A stretch of DNA of 32,000 bases from Pseudodesulfovibrio piezophilus C1TLV30 (GTDB lineage Bacteria > Desulfobacterota > Desulfovibrionia > Desulfovibrionales > Desulfovibrionaceae). Position numbers and translations under genes: made by a program. A model generated the notes under the pieces. The model searched no databases and was not told the origin of the DNA. It saw nothing but the letters and a program-made list of their open reading frames with translations. Positions 25,973-32,000 of the stretch are shown here, piece by piece; position 1 is the first letter of the stretch; the number at the start of each line of letters is the position of its first letter. The DNA lies in contig NC_020409.1 in NCBI RefSeq assembly GCF_000341895.1, forward strand, positions 960,001-992,000. The letters run 5' to 3'.

Positions 25973-26061
25973 CTAAGGACCTATTATGTATGGTGTGAAT
26001 CCCGGCCAGGAGACAATGTGAATAAGGGCGGGGATATGAAATTCTTTAAGATTGAGCAAAG

Positions 26062-26089
26062 AGTATACCTTTTGTCCAGTTTTGTACAA
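26062..26089 (-). promoter_or_regulatory. Candidate sigma70-type promoter for the DEAD-box helicase
   Basis: On the minus strand TTGTAC, 16 nt and TATACT, about 90 nt upstream of the ATG at 25972. This is a pattern match only. Confidence 0.3.
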
Positions 26090-26416
26090 TATTTGAAACA
26101 CTGGAATTTCAGATACCATGCGCACAGGGGGTCAGGAAGATATCTCTCGAATAAAGCAGGGAATAGGACTCTTTCCCTCTCTTTTGACTCTCGGATATAC
26201 AAAAAATATTTTCGCTATTAATATCAAAATATTGCATAAAAAAAGCACGTGGTACACAGGAAAAGAGCAATGACTTTATGGACACCCTAAAAAGATGAAC
26301 TAAAGTGCATTCCAGAGAAGAAAGGCGTGATGTGCGGAGAAAAGAACAGCATGTCCCGCCTGCTCACACAGGAGAAAAGCATGAAAAGAAAGTCGGCTCG
26401 TCTGAAAACCGTATAC

Positions 26417-26448
26417 GCCTCCAGCGACGGGGGCACGCCGCTGGAGGC
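26417..26448 (-). terminator. Candidate intrinsic terminator after the last response-regulator gene
   Basis: GCCTCCAGCG-(12 nt)-CGCTGGAGGC is a perfect 10-bp stem. On the minus strand it is followed by GTATACGGTTTTC. It lies 16 nt downstream of the stop at 26464. Confidence 0.45.
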
Positions 26449-26463
26449 TCTTAGCTGAGGTCC

Positions 26464-26820
26464 CTAGGCCTCCAAAGCGGAGCGAATTGCTCCAAGGAGT
26501 TCCTGAGGGTTGAAGGGCTTTTTAAATGATGCGACTGCATTTTTAATCGCGAGATGAATCCCGGACAGGCCGCTGACTACGATAACAGGCGTGTCCTTGT
26601 GATCCGGCTCCTGTACCATTTTTCTGTAGAACCGTGGGCCCCATTCGTTGGGCATTTCCAAGTCCAGCGTGATGAGGTCCGGTTTTTCCTTTTTCAACAG
26701 AGCAAGGGCATCTTCAACATTGGATGCAGCACAGGTCTCAAACCCGTCATCCTGAAGGATATCTTCGAGATATTTAACGATATAAGGATCATCGTCGATG
26801 ATGAGTATTTTACGAGACAT
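26464..26820 (-). CDS. Single-domain response regulator (CheY-like receiver)
   Basis: KILIIDDDPYIVKYL...DLITLDLEMPNEWG...VIVVSG...FKKPF. AAGGGGG lies upstream of the ATG. Confidence 0.9.
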   Translation of the reverse strand: MSRKILIIDDDPYIVKYLEDILQDDGFETCAASNVEDALALLKKEKPDLITLDLEMPNEWGPRFYRKMVQEPDHKDTPVIVVSGLSGIHLAIKNAVASFKKPFNPQELLGAIRSALEA

Positions 26821-26937
26821 GGCTTGCCCCCTTCTGTTTTCTCTGAGTTTCAGGGCTGGTCCGGCCTTGGTTACCGCCGAAGATATCCCCGTTAATCCAC
26901 ACTATTATTCCGAGTTCTTGCATTGTTTACTCCATTC

Positions 26938-27342
26938 CTAAACCGCGCACAGCGCGTTATCGATGATTTCCTTGATGTCTTCCGGCCTGGGTGGTTTCTG
27001 GACATAAGCGAATGGTTCAGGGTAATCCGACTGCCCCACACCCATGATTTTGAGCGCATGCTTGAAGGTATCAGCTCCCACAGCGGAGAGCATGATCACC
27101 GGCACCTTTTTTAACCCTGCATCTTCCTGAAGCCCTTGGTACATGACCAATCCCCCCTCTCCGGGCATCATCACATCAAGAATGATCAAATCCGGCTTCA
27201 ACTCCGAGGCCCGCTCCAAACCTTCACGGGCATTGCGCGCCAAGTGTGGTTCATAGCCACTGGTCTCAAGCAATGTCTTGAGAAACAACCGGATGTTCAT
27301 CTCGTCATCCACTACCAGGACTCGCTTGATTGTATTGGTCAT
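26938..27342 (-). CDS. Single-domain response regulator (CheY-like receiver)
   Basis: RVLVVDDEMNIRLFLKTLL...DLIILDVMMPGEGG...VIMLSA...VQKP. Confidence 0.9.
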   Translation of the reverse strand: MTNTIKRVLVVDDEMNIRLFLKTLLETSGYEPHLARNAREGLERASELKPDLIILDVMMPGEGGLVMYQGLQEDAGLKKVPVIMLSAVGADTFKHALKIMGVGQSDYPEPFAYVQKPPRPEDIKEIIDNALCAV

Positions 27343-27360
27343 GGCGTATCGCCGTCCGGG

Positions 27361-28281
27361 TTAGTCCGTTATCCAATCAGGATGATTGACACTGGCCACC
27401 GGACAGGCGGAGCGCAGTACGACCTCTTCCAGAGTTGTGCCTATTTCGGCATCTTCTGGTGGAATATCCTTGGAATGATGAGCCATCACAATGAGGTCTC
27501 CTTCCTTTTCCCGTGCGTACTTCAAGATTTCGACATGCGGTGCGCCTTCGCGGACATCGACTTCCACCATGTTGAAATCCGTAATCTGGGACAAATACCG
27601 TTCCTTGATCTTTTCTGTCGCGTTTTCAATTTCCGTTTCAATCATTTCCTGAGTCGGCTTGCCACCCAACTCACCGGACAGGATATTGACTGCATGGAAA
27701 ATATGCAAAGGACAACCAACATCCTTGGCGACCTTCAAGGCAAAGGTAAAAGCATGATCAGCGGCTTTGGAAAAATCCGTACAGAAAACAACGCTGGAGA
27801 AGAGGTTCCAGCATGTATTGCACGGTCTGTTGACAATAAGCACAGGACAGCGGGCACGCTTGGAAACGGTCAACATGGTATTCCCCATGATTGCGCGGTA
27901 GCGTCCTCCACCTTCCTCGGGACGGGTGTTGGCACCCATCACGATCATATCCGTTCCTTCGTTGCGGGCCAGGCGCAAAATCTCTGTGGCCGGAACACCA
28001 ACCGTGGTCAAAATTCGCGTCTTAGCTCCGTAAAGTTTCAACTGGTTATCGTAGGTATTGCTGAGTTCTTCCTTGACCCAAGACTCGTAGTCCTCTCCAA
28101 GGTCTTCCCTGTCACCTGTACGAACGTCCGTCACTTCCACGCTGAATCCCCTGGAAGGGACACCAAGAACGTGAAAAAGCAGAAGTTCAGCGTCTTCGCG
28201 TTCGGCAAGGTCGAATGCAATCTTGGCCGGGCTGTCGCAAACGGGAGAACCACTCGTCGCAAACATGATCTTGTTAAACAT
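27361..28281 (-). CDS. Universal stress protein, tandem USP domains
   Basis: There are two UspA-like halves (KIMFATSGSP...LLLFHVLG...DMIVMGAN... and VVFCTDFSKAADHAF...LHIFHAV...DLIVMAHH...CPVASV). Confidence 0.87.
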   Translation of the reverse strand: MFNKIMFATSGSPVCDSPAKIAFDLAEREDAELLLFHVLGVPSRGFSVEVTDVRTGDREDLGEDYESWVKEELSNTYDNQLKLYGAKTRILTTVGVPATEILRLARNEGTDMIVMGANTRPEEGGGRYRAIMGNTMLTVSKRARCPVLIVNRPCNTCWNLFSSVVFCTDFSKAADHAFTFALKVAKDVGCPLHIFHAVNILSGELGGKPTQEMIETEIENATEKIKERYLSQITDFNMVEVDVREGAPHVEILKYAREKEGDLIVMAHHSKDIPPEDAEIGTTLEEVVLRSACPVASVNHPDWITD

Positions 28282-28284
28282 GTC

Positions 28285-28821
28285 CTACCCCTTTATGCTG
28301 CAATGTTCAGGGAACCGCTGAAAACCGAACTCCCAGGCTATTCCCTCAATGAATTCAAAAAGACTGAAATCCGTTTCGAATTTCATGATGTTCACGCTGT
28401 CGCCAAACACCGTGTGCTTCAACATTCCCAACCGTATGGGAACATCAAGCAGTGTATTAAACTGGAAGAGGCGAAGGTCCTGTCTGGTCTCATTGTGAAA
28501 CCCGATCAGGGTGCAGAGAACGTTGAACCGAGGTTCACCCGGAAAACCGACCATCTCGACCTTCTTGATGAACTCAAGATGAGTCAGCATATCCGACACA
28601 CACCCGATTTCCCGGCACTGACCACACTCTTCCACCAGAGGGGGAATGAACACACTGATATCCTGAAATTCGGGATAACGATGCATCATTTTCAGAAATG
28701 AACGGAGCGTATACCCGGTTTCAAGGCGCACCTTGCCCGCCAGGGCGGACAGCGGCCTTGCCACTTCATTCCCCTGATCCGAGATAAGCATCCCGTTTCG
28801 TGCAAGTTGCGTGGTGTTCAT
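28285..28821 (-). CDS. Hypothetical protein (178 aa) embedded in the tmc operon
   Basis: A strong Shine-Dalgarno sequence (AGGAGAGAGGGG) precedes it. It is tightly packed between tmcA and the USP gene, with gaps of 18 and 3 nt. I recognised no family. Confidence 0.65.
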   Translation of the reverse strand: MNTTQLARNGMLISDQGNEVARPLSALAGKVRLETGYTLRSFLKMMHRYPEFQDISVFIPPLVEECGQCREIGCVSDMLTHLEFIKKVEMVGFPGEPRFNVLCTLIGFHNETRQDLRLFQFNTLLDVPIRLGMLKHTVFGDSVNIMKFETDFSLFEFIEGIAWEFGFQRFPEHCSIKG

Positions 28822-28839
28822 GATCCCCTCTCTCCTGAA

Positions 28840-29241
28840 TTATTTCGTGTGACACTCGCCACAAGTCACTGGTCCCTTGAGGGATTTGACATGACAGGCG
28901 ATGCATTGACGGTGATAGGCTCGCATGAGCGGCGTTTCACCGTTTTCAGGTTTCACTAGGTGGCAGGAGTCACAGGACTCGCCTTCACTCGAATTTTCCA
29001 TATCCATTGCACCATCGTCAGTACGACCGTGATGGCAGACTACACAATCGTCGATCTCCGCCTTCTCATTATGCATGTCATGATTAAAGGCGACCTGTGG
29101 TCGCTCAAGTACGGTAAATGCCGTGACAGGAACCTGTGTCATATCGTCTTGCGAGAAAGCAGTAGGTATCAGGTAGATGAACACCAGGACGACGATAATC
29201 GCCATGGGGGTCGCCAGCCGTTTCATTTGTTGTTTGTTCAT
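28840..29241 (-). CDS. tmcA: Tetrahaem cytochrome c3-family protein (TmcA / type II c3-like)
   Basis: A signal or anchor sequence is followed by four CXXCH motifs (CVVCH, CDSCH, CIACH, CGECH) within about 75 aa. GGGAGG lies upstream of the start. Confidence 0.85.
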   Translation of the reverse strand: MNKQQMKRLATPMAIIVVLVFIYLIPTAFSQDDMTQVPVTAFTVLERPQVAFNHDMHNEKAEIDDCVVCHHGRTDDGAMDMENSSEGESCDSCHLVKPENGETPLMRAYHRQCIACHVKSLKGPVTCGECHTK

Positions 29242-29253
29242 GGCTTGCCTCCC

Positions 29254-30576
29254 TTACATTCCTTCCGGTTTTTCCATCAGCTCATAGATGATGTCGCCGA
29301 GGAACTTGGCATGCATGCCCAGATCGTAATGACCGATGATATCTTCCAATCCACCATGACAATTATGACAGGGGACCACGATGTGCTCCACACCAGTGGC
29401 GGCAAGTTGTTCAGCCTTGACCCGGTTGCCCTGCATGCGCACCCCTTTGAAAGGAGGACCGCAGTTGATGACACCACCGCCAGCGCAACAACAATAGTTA
29501 TGTTCACGGTTTGGAGACATCTCAATGACATTATCACACAGCATGTGGGTCACATCGCGCAATTTGTCCATGAGACCTCGGCCTCGGATGATGTTGCATG
29601 GATCCTGGATAGTGACAGGTTTATCGAACTTTCCGGTCAACTTGATCTTTCCCTGAGTCAGAAGCTCCCAGTAAAACTCGACGGCATGAATCACCGGAAC
29701 CGGAGACTCCCGATACCCAAGCCAGCGGTTACCCATGTCATAGACCGACCGGAAAGCATGGCCACACTCGCCCATGACGATACGCTTGACGCGAAGTTTT
29801 TGAGCGGATTCATAGTGAGAGCGTTTGAGCCGCCCCATATTTTCAAAATCCCCAACAAACATGCACATATCGGAATTGTCCCATCCTGGCCCGGAAGTCA
29901 TGGTATAATCGACCCCGGCCTGATGCATGATCGCTGCGGCCTGATAAATAAGCTGAGTGCGGAATTTCGGTTCGGGAGCGATGACCGAATAATAAACATC
30001 GGCCCCTTCCTTATCGAGTGGAATCCGCAGATCCGGGAACTCATCCCTGGCCTCGTCTTCCTGCCATTGCAGAGAGTCTATCCACTCGTCATCTTTCACC
30101 CACATCTGATTCATGGTTGATGCATGAGAGTGTGCAGTATCACTGATGTACTGTGGCACGACATCAAGCAGATAACAGATTCGGCGCATGGTCGACATAA
30201 TATATCCGGTATCAATACCTATGGGACAGTAATGAGCGCACCGTTTGCAAAGGTTGCATTCGGTATATGCGATCTGTGCCATCTGATATATCTCATATGG
30301 ATATACTTTGCCTTTCTTCTCCATCAACTTATAAACTGTATCAGTTGCTTTGCTTACAGGGGAATAGCTGGGATCGTTGTCGTGAGACATGTAATAATGA
30401 CATGCCTGCGAACAAAGCCCACACCGCATACAGGTTTCCTGATATGCCTTGAGTTTGGCCCCGGTTTCACCTTTGAGAACACGGTTGACCACTTCCTCGA
30501 TCCGTTCCGAGGTCAGTTTGGCCACCCCACTCTCAAGGCCGGGATCAGCAATGATTCTGTCAGCTATATGACTCAT
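29254..30576 (-). CDS. tmcB: Cytoplasmic Fe-S protein with two 4Fe-4S ferredoxin motifs and a CCG domain (TmcB; HdrD/DsrK/HmcF-like)
   Basis: CMRCGLCSQACH and CNLCKRCAHYCP are the ferredoxin motifs. The CCG-type region reads ...DPCN...NYCCCAGGG...VPCHNCHGG. Confidence 0.85.
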   Translation of the reverse strand: MSHIADRIIADPGLESGVAKLTSERIEEVVNRVLKGETGAKLKAYQETCMRCGLCSQACHYYMSHDNDPSYSPVSKATDTVYKLMEKKGKVYPYEIYQMAQIAYTECNLCKRCAHYCPIGIDTGYIMSTMRRICYLLDVVPQYISDTAHSHASTMNQMWVKDDEWIDSLQWQEDEARDEFPDLRIPLDKEGADVYYSVIAPEPKFRTQLIYQAAAIMHQAGVDYTMTSGPGWDNSDMCMFVGDFENMGRLKRSHYESAQKLRVKRIVMGECGHAFRSVYDMGNRWLGYRESPVPVIHAVEFYWELLTQGKIKLTGKFDKPVTIQDPCNIIRGRGLMDKLRDVTHMLCDNVIEMSPNREHNYCCCAGGGVINCGPPFKGVRMQGNRVKAEQLAATGVEHIVVPCHNCHGGLEDIIGHYDLGMHAKFLGDIIYELMEKPEGM

Positions 30577-30612
30577 AATAGTATCCTTGGGTTTGCTTTG
30601 ATCAGAACGTTC

Positions 30613-31272
30613 CTACCAGTCGTTGGCATGTCTCACTCCACCAAACTCGGACCCCATATAAGCGCGGGTGAAAACCACAAACAGGGCATGACTCAGTCGG
30701 GTAAAAGGAATGAGCGCCAAGAGGAGTTCACCGGAGAGGACATGCAGGAGAGTCATGAGCAAAGCCGGACCGACCTGATGATACGCGAGGACTCCGGTAA
30801 TAAATGGCAGGACGACTAATCCCAGGGCAACCCAGTCCTTGGTCCGCGTCACGCTGCGCACATGTGGCAAAAAAAGTCTGCGCAAGGCAAAGACCACACA
30901 TGCCGCGATGACGATGAAACTGATAATATCTCCAGCCTCGGTGGGCAAAGACCACAAGCTCACACCAAAAGCCGTGTCCCAGAGAACAACATGAGCACTC
31001 AAAAAGACCGCAACCAAAATAAAACAGATATGAAAGGCAAAGGTTGTAACCGTCATCAGTGGATCAACCTTCCACCCCATGGTTCCAAAAGGAATCAACC
31101 AACGCATGATAGACCTGATCCCATACGGCCAACTCATATAAGCGATTGACGATCCATCTTTTTTTCTTGCCAACGAATACATTGAAATCAAACGGTAAGC
31201 CGACCCCAGAATAAAGATCGCCCAGGCGACCCAAGCCAGTGGTCCGGAGACGAAGTTGTATAATTCGATCAT
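30613..31272 (-). CDS. tmcC: Integral membrane cytochrome b-like subunit (TmcC; DsrM/HmcE/NarI-like)
   Basis: A 219-aa polytopic hydrophobic protein with conserved His residues in its helices. It lies between tmcD and tmcB, with GGAGGA upstream. Confidence 0.75.
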   Translation of the reverse strand: MIELYNFVSGPLAWVAWAIFILGSAYRLISMYSLARKKDGSSIAYMSWPYGIRSIMRWLIPFGTMGWKVDPLMTVTTFAFHICFILVAVFLSAHVVLWDTAFGVSLWSLPTEAGDIISFIVIAACVVFALRRLFLPHVRSVTRTKDWVALGLVVLPFITGVLAYHQVGPALLMTLLHVLSGELLLALIPFTRLSHALFVVFTRAYMGSEFGGVRHANDW

Positions 31273-31287
31273 AGTTCGATCCTCCGC

Positions 31288-32000
31288 CTAGAACTGGGCC
31301 ACATCCGCAACAATACGGACGTAGCTGTTGTTTTCGATGGCTCTGATGAGCACTTTACTCGAATCCTCACTGAAGACAGGTGGCCATGCCCAGTCAAAGC
31401 TCCGTTCAAAAGACTTACCGTTGACCAACGTATGATATTTGCCACCCTTTTCAGTGAGAGCAGCGACATTATTACCATCAGGGGAGAATGTGACAGGCCA
31501 CGCCATTTCCCATGTTCCATGCCATGGTTTGTCATCCACCACTATACGAAACTGGGAATTGTTATTGCTGGCAATGACAGCGGCTCGATCTCCGAATCGG
31601 CTCAAAACGAGGTCAGTCACAACCGGAAATGTCGATTTCCAGGCAACATCATTACAGGCGGCAGTAAACTCACCATAGCCAGTGGCCACGATAGCCCAAA
31701 GGCGATCTCCCGACTGGGAGAACTGCAACTTCATACATTGCACGTAATCGGGTTTCCAAATAATGGCTCCATCGCGGGCAACACCCCATTTGCCCCCCAC
31801 TCGTACCGGAGCAGCAACATATTCACCGCCAGGATGAAATCTCGGTTCCCAGACCTGGGTGTATGTAGTGGACCATGGTTCGTCGTCTACCGTAATGGTA
31901 TATTTGTGGACATCCGTACGAGCCTGCGCCGCAACACGAAGACCTCGTTCGTCAAAGACCGGTGTCCACAGATTGAGATACTTACCCTTCCAGATTTCCC
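31288..32000 (-). CDS. tmcD: Tryptophan-rich repeat protein (TmcD-like), 5'-partial at the window edge
   Basis: The frame is open from 32000 down to the stop at 31288. A repeat of about 45 aa recurs: ...VDD.PW......W.P.F.P.G..VAA......K... (ITVDDEPWSTTYTQVWEPRFHPGGEYVAA, IVVDDKPWHGTWEMAWPVTFSPDGNNVAA). The protein is very Trp-rich. Confidence 0.7.
   Translation of the reverse strand, partial: EIWKGKYLNLWTPVFDERGLRVAAQARTDVHKYTITVDDEPWSTTYTQVWEPRFHPGGEYVAAPVRVGGKWGVARDGAIIWKPDYVQCMKLQFSQSGDRLWAIVATGYGEFTAACNDVAWKSTFPVVTDLVLSRFGDRAAVIASNNNSQFRIVVDDKPWHGTWEMAWPVTFSPDGNNVAALTEKGGKYHTLVNGKSFERSFDWAWPPVFSEDSSKVLIRAIENNSYVRIVADVAQF

Noticed and set aside
26330-26458. A 42-codon plus-strand ORF (MCGEKNSMSRLLTQEKSMKRKSARLKTVYASSDGGTPLEALS) in the long intergenic region.
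   Set aside because: It has no ribosome-binding site. It overlaps the terminator hairpin of the opposite-strand operon, and nothing distinguishes it from chance.
26919-26934. A sigma54-like element on the minus strand (TGGAGT-N5-ATGCA, with GG-N10-GC spacing) about 95 nt upstream of the last receiver gene.
   Set aside because: Only the GG/GC dinucleotides and the spacing match. The flanking consensus positions are poor, and no enhancer-binding protein gene lies in the window.
27136-28701. A very long plus-strand ORF (521 aa). Other long antisense ORFs occur at 16683..17879 (398 aa), 13692..14711 (339 aa), 28960..30120 (386 aa), 18890..19711 (273 aa), 7379..8107 (242 aa), 25085..25768 (227 aa), 30124..30819 (231 aa) and 3296..3850 (184 aa).
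   Set aside because: Each lies entirely antisense to a gene with unmistakable family motifs (USP, kinases, TmcB, MCP, Rhs, DEAD-box, transposase). Their translations are low-complexity or His/Arg/Ser-rich with no recognisable motifs and no ribosome-binding sites. They are shadow ORFs.
1-32000. I looked for CRISPR arrays, tRNA or rRNA genes, integron attC sites, and tandem repeats beyond those reported.
   Set aside because: I found no regularly spaced direct repeats, no cloverleaf-compatible segments and no rRNA-like sequence by eye. A tRNA or Rfam scan would be needed to be certain.

Overview
The window has two parts. No database search was run, so every call rests on motifs read directly from the translations and on hand alignment.

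**Accessory region (1 to about 9050).** This is a decaying mobile and defence region.
- A retron-type reverse transcriptase gene is broken by a 1-nt frameshift, an apparently intact IS3-family element and an IS1182-like element.
- A small two-gene cassette encodes a MuF-motif protein and a secreted protein.
- A replication/ATPase-like gene of a mobile element survives in three pieces.
- There are two related IS5-family copies, one internally deleted and one carrying an in-frame stop.
- Between those copies lies an N-terminally truncated Rhs/YD-repeat fragment. It retains the PxxxxDPxGL boundary, a glycine-zipper-like C-terminal toxin domain and a 2-TM immunity-like gene. This module is flanked by about 277-bp direct repeats.

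**Core region (about 9100 to 32000).** This looks like the core chromosome of a Desulfovibrionaceae-like sulfate reducer, which is an inference from gene content.
- A 2-hydroxyacid dehydrogenase and a MOFRL glycerate 2-kinase.
- A dense signalling cluster: a family-3 solute-binding protein, a histidine kinase with a periplasmic CXXCH/CX4CH domain, two receiver-first kinases, a double-Cache chemoreceptor and an orphan PstS-like protein.
- YgiQ radical SAM protein, a hypothetical gene and a DEAD-box helicase.
- A Tmc-type redox operon (tmcD-C-B-A), followed by a hypothetical gene, a tandem universal stress protein (USP) and two single-domain response regulators.

I recognised no rRNA, tRNA or CRISPR array. 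The most unusual items are the triply disrupted retron-type RT, the orphan Rhs toxin/immunity module with its repeat-flanked architecture, the uncharacterised MuF-motif cassette, and the putative haem-c sensor kinase.
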